Source of the DNA: an uncultured Thermanaerothrix sp.
Lineage (GTDB): Bacteria > Chloroflexota > Anaerolineae > Anaerolineales > Anaerolineaceae
Reading direction: 5' to 3'
Length of the DNA stretch: 64,000 bases
Assembly: GCF_938028735.1 (NCBI RefSeq)
Contig: NZ_CALIMF010000001.1
Location: 79,003-143,002, forward strand
In this document: piece by piece, positions 38,786 through 48,109 of the stretch
Numbering within the stretch: the first letter of the stretch is position 1
Layout of the letters: each line of letters opens with the position of its first letter
Position numbers and translations under genes: made by a program
The notes under the pieces: generated by a model
Told to the model about the DNA's origin: nothing
The model's database searches: none
The model's input: the letters and a program-made list of their open reading frames with translations, nothing else

Positions 38786-39772
38786 CTAAGGCAAGGCAGG
38801 GCCGTGCTGGCACTCCGGTGCGGTTTGAAGGGTAGTACGGAAGAAGTGGACCAGTTGGGGCATAAGGTGATCTAGACCGGGAGAACGCACCTGCTCGTGA
38901 GTGGCCTTAGGTAGCCAGATAATGGCCTTGGGTTCTCTAGCCGCCGTATATAACCGTTCAGCTTCTTCTGGGGGAATACGGCGGTCGGCGCGACTGAAGA
39001 CAAACAAGATGGGGCGAGGAGTGAGGCGGTGTACAACGTCCAGGGGACGTACTTCGTCCCGCGAGAAGCCTTTGCGCCACTCTGCAAGGCGCATGACCTG
39101 TTCGTAGAGGGGGGTCGGGAAGAAGGCTGGCCGATTGAGCCGCCATGCATCTTCGAGGGACGGGAAGGGGGCAGCTGCGACCATGGCGCGAAGGCCGGGG
39201 GTCCGGGCGGCGCTGAGGATCAGGGCCACTGCACCAGCGGAGTGACCGATGCCCCCAACACAGGGGATACCCCGGGTTTCGGTGAGATAGCGTACCGCGG
39301 CGTCCACATCTTGGCTTTCGCGTGCCCCGTATGAGAAGGCAAAGCGGTTGCCCTCGCTTTCCCCACTGCCCCGATAACTGAAGAGCAGGACATGAAAGCC
39401 AGCCTCACGGAGAGGTTGGACTAAAGACAAGCCTTGGCGTTGGTCTTTGGCAGTGGCGGGTGCGTAAAGAATCGCTGGTGCGTCGGGGTTGGGGGCGGGG
39501 AAGAACCATCCCCGCAAGGTCAATCCATCGGCGGTGAGGAAACTCACCTCTTCATAGGCGAGATTCAGGTCGGAGGGGGGGCTTTTGAGGCTGCGCAGGG
39601 GGGCAGTGGTGGCGATCATCTCGCCAAGTAGAGGGGCCGAGGCCAGGAAAAAGGACAAACTTGAAATGAGGCTAGTCAGTAAAAGCGTGCTTCTCAAACG
39701 GCTACCTAGTTGTAAAGTGTGTTTTATTGTATCTGTAAAAAGAGATATTGAATAGGTCGCTGGAGTGTACAA
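38786..39772 (-). CDS. Membrane-anchored alpha/beta hydrolase
   Basis: DGLTLRGWF, YRGSGESEG, GHSAGA (GxSxG), Asp (RAD) and His (ATH); start uncertain because the longer ORF overlaps the opp promoter. Confidence 0.78.
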   Translation of the reverse strand: MYTPATYSISLFTDTIKHTLQLGSRLRSTLLLTSLISSLSFFLASAPLLGEMIATTAPLRSLKSPPSDLNLAYEEVSFLTADGLTLRGWFFPAPNPDAPAILYAPATAKDQRQGLSLVQPLREAGFHVLLFSYRGSGESEGNRFAFSYGARESQDVDAAVRYLTETRGIPCVGGIGHSAGAVALILSAARTPGLRAMVAAAPFPSLEDAWRLNRPAFFPTPLYEQVMRLAEWRKGFSRDEVRPLDVVHRLTPRPILFVFSRADRRIPPEEAERLYTAAREPKAIIWLPKATHEQVRSPGLDHLMPQLVHFFRTTLQTAPECQHGPALP

Positions 39773-39814
39773 ATCGTGCAGGTTATGGGTTTTATCGCCA
39801 CGGGGTGATTCAGT

Positions 39815-39843
39815 TTGACATGCCTCTACTTTGGTTGTAAAAT
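39815..39843 (+). promoter_or_regulatory. Sigma70-type promoter of the opp operon
   Basis: TTGACA-N17-TAAAAT. Confidence 0.7.
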
Positions 39844-39928
39844 TGATTTTGCCTTGTTTCTTGGGCTTTGTATGAACCACCTCACACCTGTTCCAGGGAA
39901 CACATTCATATCAACCGAGGTCCATCCC

Positions 39929-40915
39929 ATGACCGAATTGTTGACTGTCGAGGGCCTGGAGACCCAATTCCGCACGCGTGAAGGGACCGTCCATGCCGTC
40001 AACGGGGTTTCGTTTTCGCTGCGCGAAGGGGAGACCCTGGGTATTGTGGGGGAGAGCGGATGTGGCAAAAGTGTGACCGTGATGTCCATCCTGCGCCTGA
40101 TCCCCTCACCGCCGGGTAAAGTTGTGGCCGGGAAGGCCATCTACCAGGGCAAAGACCTGCTGAAGATGAGCGATGAAGAAATCCGCCATATCCGTGGGGC
40201 GCAGATCAGCATGGTCTTTCAGGACCCGATGACCTCGTTCAATCCGGTATTGACTATTGGCCGGCAAGTGGCAGAACCGTTAGAGATCCATATGGGGATG
40301 TCGCGCAAGCAGGCGCTTGAGCGGGCGGCAGAGATGTTGGCTATGGTGGGCATTCCCAATGCCAAAGAGCGCCTAAATGATTATCCTCACCAGTTTTCGG
40401 GGGGCATGCGTCAGCGCGTCATGATTGCTATGGCGTTGATCTGCACCCCGCAAATCCTGATTGCCGATGAGCCTACCACAGCCTTGGATGTGACCATCCA
40501 GGCGCAGATCATTGATTTGGTCAAGCGCTTGCGCGATGAACTGGGAATGGCCATTATTTGGATCACTCATGATTTGGGCATCATCGCGGGGTTAGCCGAC
40601 CGGGTAGCAGTGATGTATGGTGGTTACATTATAGAAATGGCCCAGGTGGATGAACTGTATGCCCATCCGACTCATCCTTACACAATTGGCCTATTGGGCA
40701 GTCTACCCCGTATGGACGAAACCGGCCACCGGCGTCTGATTTCGATTGATGGTTTGCCGCCGGTACTACTGGAAAAGCCGAACTACTGCCCCTTTGCACC
40801 ACGTTGCAAATATGCGGTTGAGCGTTGTTGGCATGAAAATCCGCCCTTGATGTCGGTGGCTCCTGAGCATCAAGTGGCCTGCTGGGTGGACACTCAAACT
40901 GGGAGAGAACGCTGA
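39929..40915 (+). CDS. oppD: Oligopeptide ABC transporter ATPase OppD
   Basis: [38 protein letters not shown]-terminal CPFAPRC...VAC. Confidence 0.95.
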   Translation: MTELLTVEGLETQFRTREGTVHAVNGVSFSLREGETLGIVGESGCGKSVTVMSILRLIPSPPGKVVAGKAIYQGKDLLKMSDEEIRHIRGAQISMVFQDPMTSFNPVLTIGRQVAEPLEIHMGMSRKQALERAAEMLAMVGIPNAKERLNDYPHQFSGGMRQRVMIAMALICTPQILIADEPTTALDVTIQAQIIDLVKRLRDELGMAIIWITHDLGIIAGLADRVAVMYGGYIIEMAQVDELYAHPTHPYTIGLLGSLPRMDETGHRRLISIDGLPPVLLEKPNYCPFAPRCKYAVERCWHENPPLMSVAPEHQVACWVDTQTGRER

Positions 40916-41895
40916 TGGCCGAGCCCGAAGTTCTGGTTCGTGTTGAGAATCTGGTTAAGCATTTTCCAATTACCCGTGGCATTATCATTCAGCGTCAGGT
41001 GGGGGCTGTCCATGCAGTGGACGGGCTGACCTTTGATGTTTACAGAGGCGAGACCCTGGGACTAGTGGGCGAATCGGGGTGTGGGAAGTCCACCACGGGC
41101 CGCACGATCCTGCAACTCTATCGCCCTACCTCGGGCAGTGTGCACTTTGAAGGGGTGGATTTGGTTAAACTCAAAGGCGAGGACCTGCGCCGCATGCGGC
41201 GACGCATGCAGATGATCTTCCAGGATCCCTATGCCAGCCTCAATCCACGTATGACGGTGGGTGAGATTATCGGTGAGCCGCTAATCATTCACAACGTGGC
41301 GCGGGGGCGTGAGGTACAAGAACGGGTGGAGCATTTGCTTGAACTGGTGGGCTTGAACCCGGCCTATGCCAATCGTTACCCGCATGAATTCTCAGGCGGG
41401 CAGCGCCAGCGCATTGGTGTAGCGCGTGCTTTAGCCCTGCAGCCCTCTTTCATTGTCTGCGATGAGCCGATCTCGGCGCTGGATGTCTCCATTCAAGCCC
41501 AGGTAGTTAACCTGTTGGAAGACCTGCAGCAGGAATTTGGCCTGACTTATCTTTTCATTGCGCACGATCTCTCGATGGTGCGTCACATTAGCAACCGCGT
41601 GGCCGTAATGTACCTGGGCGTGATGGTGGAACTGGCCTCACGTGATGAACTCTACAACCACCCCCTGCATCCTTATACCCAAGCGTTGCTCTCGGCGGTA
41701 CCCATCCCGGATCCAGCGGTGGAGAAGAAACGCAAGCGCATCATTCTTCAAGGAGATGTGCCCTCGCCGGTCAACCCACCTTCGGGGTGCCGTTTCCGCA
41801 CGCGTTGCCCGCTGGCCGCTGAGATTTGCAAAGAAGTGAAGCCCGAATGGCGTGAGGTAAGTCCAGGTCATTTTGTGGCCTGTCATATGGTATAA
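40915..41895 (+). CDS. oppF: Oligopeptide ABC transporter ATPase OppF
   Basis: [47 protein letters not shown]. Confidence 0.95.
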   Translation: MAEPEVLVRVENLVKHFPITRGIIIQRQVGAVHAVDGLTFDVYRGETLGLVGESGCGKSTTGRTILQLYRPTSGSVHFEGVDLVKLKGEDLRRMRRRMQMIFQDPYASLNPRMTVGEIIGEPLIIHNVARGREVQERVEHLLELVGLNPAYANRYPHEFSGGQRQRIGVARALALQPSFIVCDEPISALDVSIQAQVVNLLEDLQQEFGLTYLFIAHDLSMVRHISNRVAVMYLGVMVELASRDELYNHPLHPYTQALLSAVPIPDPAVEKKRKRIILQGDVPSPVNPPSGCRFRTRCPLAAEICKEVKPEWREVSPGHFVACHMV

Positions 41896-42024
41896 ATTTA
41901 TGTGAAGGCGAGGTTGGAAAGGAGGTGATGGTTGGGAAAGTGCGTTAGGTATGTAGGGTTGGTTAGAAGCGGGGCGTTAAACCCACTCGAATCCATTTAG
42001 ATCCTTTTCAAGGAGGAGAAAGAT

Positions 42025-43830
42025 ATGCGTACCAAGTTGTTCTTGTTGATCAGTGTGTTGGTGTTGGCGGGCCTAGTCCTGGGGGCTTGCCAGCCGGCTG
42101 CACCGACCCCGGAGAAAATCATTCAGACAGTTGTGGTTGAGGGTACGCCCAGAGAGGTGGTGGTGACCGCGACCCCCGCGCCAGCGGCTGCGGGACCCAA
42201 GGTGCTGCGCCTGAACATGGGCCCAGGCGATATTCCTACCATTGATCCAGCACTGGCGACCGATACTTCTTCGGTTCAGATCATTGAAGAGACGAGTGTA
42301 GGTCTGACTCGTCAAAACGAAGAGACTGCGGAAGTATTGCCTGGCATGGCCGAGTCGTGGGATGTGGTTAACAACGAGGATGGCACCCAAACGGTGACCT
42401 TCAAATTGGTGACGGGTATCCCGTGGGTACGTTGGAACGGGAAAGAGGTCGAACAGGTACTGGATTGCGAGGGCAATCCGCGCTATGTGACGGCCTATGA
42501 CTTTGAGTACGGCATCCTGCGCACACTCAATCCCAAGACGGCTTCAGACTATGCTTACGTGCTGGCCTTTGCCATCAAAGGTGCAGAAGACTATAACGCG
42601 GGCAAGACCGATGATCCCACTACCGTGGCGGTGAAGGCGCTCGATGAGAAAACCCTCGAGATCACCTTCAACGAGCAGGCGGCTTACAATGTCAACATCG
42701 CCGGCGTGTGGGTAGCCCATGCTATGCCCAAGTGGTTAATTGAGGGTGATGATTGCACTGAGGCGCGCGGTGATAAGTGGACCGAGACCGGTTTCTTCCA
42801 GGGTTATGGCCCCTATACCTTGAAGGAATGGGTGCATGACTCTTACATCACTTTGGTGAAGAACCCATTCTGGCCGGGTTTGCCCTCCGTGCCGGTGGCT
42901 AAGATTGACGAGATCACCTGGACAATGCTGGATGAGGTACCGGCGTTTGCTGAGTATGAGGCCGGCAATCTAGATGTAGCGGGCGTGCCTTTGGCCGACA
43001 TTGACCGCGTCAAGGCAGACCCTGAACTCTCCAAGCAACTGGTGATTGGCCCGGTGATGTGCACCTACTACTACGGCTTCAACACCAAGGCCAAGTTCGT
43101 GGATGATGTCCGTGTGCGCCGCGCTCTCTCTATGGCGATTGACCGCCAGAGCCTGATTGACAACGTGCTTAAGGGTGGTCAGGAGCCAGCGCAGTGGTTC
43201 TCTCGCCCTGGTCTGACTGGTGCGCCGACACCGGATAAATATCCTGACCTGGGCGTCAAGTTCGATCCTGAGAAGGCCAAAGCCGAATTGCAGTCCTACC
43301 TGGATGAGAAGGGTCTGAAGGTCAGTGATTTGGATATCACCCTGATGTTCAACACTTCTTCGGGTCACCAGAAGATCGCCGAGGCCATCCAGCAGATGTG
43401 GAAGGAGTATCTCGGCTTGGATGTCAAATTGGCTAACCAGGAGTGGAAGGTCTACCTGAAGACCATCCGTGACCCGCAGGCGACGCCGCAGATTTTCCGC
43501 CTTGGCTGGTGCCAGGACTACCCGGATGCTAACAACTTCCTGCGCGAAGTGCCCACCAAGGGCGGCTCGTCCAACCCGGCTGATGGCGGTGGCTTCAACT
43601 GGGAGAACCCCAAGTTTGAGGAACTTGTAGTGCAGGCTGCGCGCGAGACCGATCCGCAGAAGCGCGTAGACCTCTATGCCCAGGCCGAGCAGATCCTGGT
43701 TTACGAAGATGCGGTGATGGCCCCGATCTATTGGTACACCCGCGTCACTGTGACCAAGCCGTACGTCCAGCGGACTTTCTCGGTGCTGGGTGGTCTTGAG
43801 CATATTGAGAAATGGGATATCACCCGCTAG
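42025..43830 (+). CDS. oppA: Oligopeptide-binding lipoprotein OppA (copy 1)
   Basis: Lipobox LGAC, TAYDFEYG..R.LNPKTAS.YAY, GPY.LKEW, DVRVRRALS, RLGWCQDYPDA. Confidence 0.92.
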   Translation: MRTKLFLLISVLVLAGLVLGACQPAAPTPEKIIQTVVVEGTPREVVVTATPAPAAAGPKVLRLNMGPGDIPTIDPALATDTSSVQIIEETSVGLTRQNEETAEVLPGMAESWDVVNNEDGTQTVTFKLVTGIPWVRWNGKEVEQVLDCEGNPRYVTAYDFEYGILRTLNPKTASDYAYVLAFAIKGAEDYNAGKTDDPTTVAVKALDEKTLEITFNEQAAYNVNIAGVWVAHAMPKWLIEGDDCTEARGDKWTETGFFQGYGPYTLKEWVHDSYITLVKNPFWPGLPSVPVAKIDEITWTMLDEVPAFAEYEAGNLDVAGVPLADIDRVKADPELSKQLVIGPVMCTYYYGFNTKAKFVDDVRVRRALSMAIDRQSLIDNVLKGGQEPAQWFSRPGLTGAPTPDKYPDLGVKFDPEKAKAELQSYLDEKGLKVSDLDITLMFNTSSGHQKIAEAIQQMWKEYLGLDVKLANQEWKVYLKTIRDPQATPQIFRLGWCQDYPDANNFLREVPTKGGSSNPADGGGFNWENPKFEELVVQAARETDPQKRVDLYAQAEQILVYEDAVMAPIYWYTRVTVTKPYVQRTFSVLGGLEHIEKWDITR

Positions 43831-43843
43831 TGGGTTGTGCTCA

Positions 43844-43871
43844 GGAGGGGAGGGGGAAACCTCTCCCCTCC
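43844..43871 (+). terminator. Intercistronic hairpin after oppA (mRNA stabiliser)
   Basis: GGAGGGGAGGGG-GAAA-CCTCTCCCCTCC stem-loop without a U tract. Confidence 0.6.
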
Positions 43872-43909
43872 ATCCCTTCGGGGAAGATTTGGATCTCAGG
43901 AGTGAGTGA

Positions 43910-44965
43910 ATGGGCCGATATATTGCACGGCGTTTGATTTACCTTTTGGTGGTCTTGTTTGTGGTTTCAGCCATCACCTTTGGGCTAATGCACGCCGTAC
44001 CCGGGGGGCCATTTGATCGCGAGAAGGCTTTGCCCCCGGAAATTATTGAGAATCTTAATAAGCGTTACCACTTGGACGAGCCCTTATTGATGCAGTACGG
44101 GCGCTATCTCTACGATGTGTTTATCCCCAGAATCAGCGCCACTCCACCCCAAGGGAGTGTGGATGACGATTTTCTCATCACGGTAAAACTGGGAAACGTG
44201 TGGTTCAAGTGGATGAATTTTGGCCCCACATATTCATCCCGTAGCCGCACGGTTAACGATATATTCCGCCAGCAGTTGCCAGTTTCGGCACAACTAGGTA
44301 TTATGGCTTTGCTCGTGGCGATCATCATTGGCATGCCACTAGGCATTTTAGCTGCCCTCAAGCAGAATACCATTTTTGATTATTTGGGCATGAGTGTGGC
44401 CATCTTCGGCGTCTCGGTGCCAGTTATTATTCTGGGCCCCCTCATGATCTGGATCTTTGGAGTCACGTTGAAGTGGTTCCCGCCGACCGGTTGGGGTGCC
44501 AAACCACCGTTTGTCTTGGGCATTTTCCCCCGTGAGTTAGGTCCGGAGTTTTTCCGCTACGCCATTATGCCCTCGGTAGCATTGGGGTTAGGCTCGTCGG
44601 CGATTATTGCCCGTCTTACCCGTGCCAGTTTGCTCCAAACCATGCGCGAGGATTACATCCGCACGGCGCGGGCCAAGGGGTTACGTGAGTCGCTGGTCAT
44701 TGTGCGCCATGCACTTAAGAATTCGCTCATTCCAGTGGTCACTATTTTAGGGCCGCTGTTTGCCGCGTTGGTGACCGGGACCTTTGTCACCGAGGTAACC
44801 TTTGGAATCCCGGGGATGGGGCGTTATTTTGTCACCAGTATCACCAACCGGGATTACCCAGTGATTATGGGTACCATTTTGCTTTATGCGTTGATTTTGG
44901 TCATTGCCAACCTGGTGGTGGATATAGTCTATGCGTATCTGGATCCGCGTATTCGCTATGATTAA
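43910..44965 (+). CDS. oppB: Oligopeptide ABC permease OppB
   Basis: PGGPF, DYIRTARAKGL, RHALKN, IPGMGRYFV, NRDYP, LDPRI. Confidence 0.95.
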   Translation: MGRYIARRLIYLLVVLFVVSAITFGLMHAVPGGPFDREKALPPEIIENLNKRYHLDEPLLMQYGRYLYDVFIPRISATPPQGSVDDDFLITVKLGNVWFKWMNFGPTYSSRSRTVNDIFRQQLPVSAQLGIMALLVAIIIGMPLGILAALKQNTIFDYLGMSVAIFGVSVPVIILGPLMIWIFGVTLKWFPPTGWGAKPPFVLGIFPRELGPEFFRYAIMPSVALGLGSSAIIARLTRASLLQTMREDYIRTARAKGLRESLVIVRHALKNSLIPVVTILGPLFAALVTGTFVTEVTFGIPGMGRYFVTSITNRDYPVIMGTILLYALILVIANLVVDIVYAYLDPRIRYD

Positions 44966-44983
44966 GGCCTCTGAGGGATCAAT

Positions 44984-46009
44984 ATGGCTCAACCCGTGAC
45001 ATTGGATGCTCGTGCTCGAGATAAAGACACACTTTTAACCACTAAGCGCGAAAGCCTGTGGCAGGATGCCCTGCGTCGGTTAATACGCAACCGCGCCGCG
45101 GTAATCGGTGGGGTTATCATTCTCATTCTCTATCTTACCGCCATCTTCGCCGATAAGATCGCGCCTTATCCCTACGAAAAACAAACGCTGGTGGATCAAA
45201 ACAAAGTGCCAGCATGGATGCTTAAGGTCTTCCCCACCATGCAGCCTTACGCCAAGATTTCGGATAAGTATCTTTTAGGGGCGGATTATGTGGGCCGAGA
45301 TCTCTTCAGCCGGATTGTCTATGGAACCCGCGTCTCCCTAACCGTCGCGCTGATTGGCCCACTCATTAGCCTGTTTATCGGTGTGATCTATGGGAGCATT
45401 TCGGGCTACTTCGGTGGACGCTTAGATAACATCATGATGCGCATTGTGGACGTATTGTACGCGTTCCCTGGCTTGCTCTTTATTATCCTGCTCATGGCAT
45501 TCTTCCGTTCAACCTTTGCACGCCCTGAACCCGGCACATTCACTTATACGGTCAGCCAGTTGGATGCGCGCTTGGGGGGGATGTTGTTCATTTTCATCGG
45601 GATCGGTCTGACTGCCTGGGAGACGATGGCTCGTTTGACTCGTGGGCAGGTGCTTTCGATGCGTGAGAAGGAATTTATTGAGGCGGCCCGCACCATTGGT
45701 GCCACCGATTTACGCATTATGTTTCGCCACATTCTGCCTAATATCGTGGGTCCGCTGGTGGTGGCGGAGACGCTCGCCATCCCGGGGTATATCACTACCG
45801 AAGCGTTCCTTTCGTTTATCGGTTTGGGGGTCAATCCTCCCACACCCTCCTGGGGCTCCATGATTTCCGAAGGAGCGCAGGTGATCCGTACCTATCCCAA
45901 CCAGACCATCTTCCCGGCCCTCGCCCTGGCGATCACCATGTTCGCCTTTAACTTCTTGGGGGATGGCCTGCGCGATGCGCTCGATCCGCGGTTGCGTGGG
46001 ACTCAATAG
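44984..46009 (+). CDS. oppC: Oligopeptide ABC permease OppC
   Basis: LGADYVGRDLFSR, EFIEAARTIG, RHILPN, EAFLSFIGLG, GDGLRDALDP. Confidence 0.95.
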   Translation: MAQPVTLDARARDKDTLLTTKRESLWQDALRRLIRNRAAVIGGVIILILYLTAIFADKIAPYPYEKQTLVDQNKVPAWMLKVFPTMQPYAKISDKYLLGADYVGRDLFSRIVYGTRVSLTVALIGPLISLFIGVIYGSISGYFGGRLDNIMMRIVDVLYAFPGLLFIILLMAFFRSTFARPEPGTFTYTVSQLDARLGGMLFIFIGIGLTAWETMARLTRGQVLSMREKEFIEAARTIGATDLRIMFRHILPNIVGPLVVAETLAIPGYITTEAFLSFIGLGVNPPTPSWGSMISEGAQVIRTYPNQTIFPALALAITMFAFNFLGDGLRDALDPRLRGTQ

Positions 46010-46129
46010 TCTAGAGATTTCGTGGCCCCCGATCTTGTACCCTAAAAATCGAATGGTTCAACCGCCGCGCTGAGGAATCGCCATTCCCAGGGCGGCTTAT
46101 CCTATTAGTCAAAAAGGAGGAGGCCTGAA

Positions 46130-47965
46130 ATGCGCAATAAAATCTGGATGGTGCTAAGTGTCTTGTTGGGTGTGGCGCTGATTATGGCTGCCTGCCAGCC
46201 CGCTGCACCAACCCCCCAGGTTGTCGTGGAGACGGTGGTGGTCGAGGGTACGCCCAAGGTGGTAGTGGTGACTCCCCAAGCCACGCAGCCGGCTGAACAA
46301 CGCAAAGTGCTGCGCCTAGCGTGGGGGCCAGGGGATATCCCTACCATTGATACCGCCCTGGCTGTGGACGTAATTTCCATTCAACTGATTGACGAAATGA
46401 CGGTCGGGTTGACGCGCCAGAATGAACAGACGGCAGAGTTGGAACTGGCGATGGCCACCGATGTGCAAACCTCGGAGGATGGGCGTACTTACACCTTTAC
46501 AATCAAAGAGGGGGTGCCCTGGGTGCGCTATAACGGTAAGGAGGTTGAGCAAGTGTTGGATTGCGACGGCAATCCTCGCTATGTGACGGCCTATGACTTC
46601 GAATATGGCATCTTGCGCACGCTCAACCCAGCCACAGCGTCGGATTATGCGTATGTGCTGTACGGGATTGAGGGGGCAGCGGCATATAACCAGGGCGAAA
46701 CGGATGACCCGAGCACCGTGGGGGTCAAAGCGCTGGATGCAAAAACTTTGCAGATCACGTTCATTGAGCCGGCGGTATATAACCTTAACATCGCTGGCCT
46801 GTGGGTGGCTCATGCACAGCCCAAGTGGATCATTGAGGGCGATGATTGCACTGAGGGACGTGGTGAGCGCTGGACGGAGACGGGCTTCTACCAGGGTTAT
46901 GGGCCCTTCACGCTCAAAGAGTGGGTGCATGATTCTGAGATCTCCATCGTGAAGAACCCCTTCTGGCCGGGCGATGCCGTGGTGCCTTCGCCCAAGATTG
47001 ATGAGGTGCATTGGAAACTGGTGGACGCCGCAGGGGCTTTGGCCGAATTTGAAACAGGCAACCTTGATGTCTCGGGGATTCCAGCGGGCGACTTGGATCG
47101 CATCCTCAACGACCCAAAGTACGCGGATATGCTGCGCAATACCTATACCCTGGGCACTGAGTTCTATGCCTTCAATACCACCAAGGCCCCAACCGATGAT
47201 GTGCGGGTGCGGTTAGCGTTGGCGCTGGCTGTGGATCGAGAGGCGCTGGTCAAGAATGTGACCAAAACTGGGGTACCCGCGCGCTGGTTCACACATCCAG
47301 GTGTGGCCGGCGCCCCCAAGCCGGAGAAATTCCCGAATTTAGGATTGACGTATGACCCGCAGCGCGCGAAGACGTTGTTGGACGAGTATCTGAAAGAGAA
47401 AGGCCTAACCGCGGATCAGTTGGACCTCACGTTAGTATTCAACACCAGTGAATCACACCGTCGCAAGGCAGAAGCCGTACAGGCGATGTGGAAGGAGACG
47501 TTGGGTATCAATGTGAAACTGACCAATCAGGAGTGGAAGGTCTACTTGAAACAGCGTAAGGCGGGTAATGAGAACATTTATCGCGGCTCTTGGGTACAGG
47601 ACTACCCGGATGCCAATAACTTCCTGCGTGAGGTGTTTACGGATAATAACGGCACGCCGGGGCCCTATCAGGATGTGGTAAACTGGCCCGTAGCCGAAAA
47701 TGCTGAGGGGAAAATCGTTTACACACCCGGGAGTAACCCGCTCTACGATAAGTTTGTGGAGCTGGTAATAGCGGCAGCCAAAGAGACGGATTCGGACAAG
47801 CGAATGCAATTGTATGCGGATGCTGAGAACATTTTAGTCAATGAAGCGGTAGTGATCCTCCCACTCTACTGGTATGCGGATAAAGTCCTGGTCAGTCCAC
47901 GGGTTATCGACACTCCCTCGATTACCGGCTACGACCGCTTTGAGAAGTGGGACATCAAGTCTTAA
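46130..47965 (+). CDS. oppA: Oligopeptide-binding lipoprotein OppA (copy 2, close paralog of copy 1)
   Basis: Lipobox MAAC; long shared blocks with 42025-43830, e.g. NGKEVEQVLDC.GNPRYVTAYDFEYGILRTLNP. Confidence 0.92.
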   Translation: MRNKIWMVLSVLLGVALIMAACQPAAPTPQVVVETVVVEGTPKVVVVTPQATQPAEQRKVLRLAWGPGDIPTIDTALAVDVISIQLIDEMTVGLTRQNEQTAELELAMATDVQTSEDGRTYTFTIKEGVPWVRYNGKEVEQVLDCDGNPRYVTAYDFEYGILRTLNPATASDYAYVLYGIEGAAAYNQGETDDPSTVGVKALDAKTLQITFIEPAVYNLNIAGLWVAHAQPKWIIEGDDCTEGRGERWTETGFYQGYGPFTLKEWVHDSEISIVKNPFWPGDAVVPSPKIDEVHWKLVDAAGALAEFETGNLDVSGIPAGDLDRILNDPKYADMLRNTYTLGTEFYAFNTTKAPTDDVRVRLALALAVDREALVKNVTKTGVPARWFTHPGVAGAPKPEKFPNLGLTYDPQRAKTLLDEYLKEKGLTADQLDLTLVFNTSESHRRKAEAVQAMWKETLGINVKLTNQEWKVYLKQRKAGNENIYRGSWVQDYPDANNFLREVFTDNNGTPGPYQDVVNWPVAENAEGKIVYTPGSNPLYDKFVELVIAAAKETDSDKRMQLYADAENILVNEAVVILPLYWYADKVLVSPRVIDTPSITGYDRFEKWDIKS

Positions 47966-47989
47966 AAAGCGTCCTCCTGAGCATGACTT

Positions 47990-48024
47990 CGCAGCCCCTG
48001 GTAAACCCCAGGGGCTGCGTTTTT
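47990..48024 (+). terminator. Intrinsic terminator
   Basis: CGCAGCCCCTGG/CCAGGGGCTGCG 12-bp stem plus TTTTT. Confidence 0.8.
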
Positions 48025-48109
48025 GGATTGGAGTGTGAATTGTGGTTATAATGGGAAAGCGTCTTTGCAGGTGTTATATCCCAAAGGCGATCTCATTGTG
48101 GAGCATGGT

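Noticed and set aside
42970-43803. 277-aa antisense ORF (also 46316-47011 and 48900-49541)
   Set aside because: Antisense shadows of binding-protein genes with no motifs
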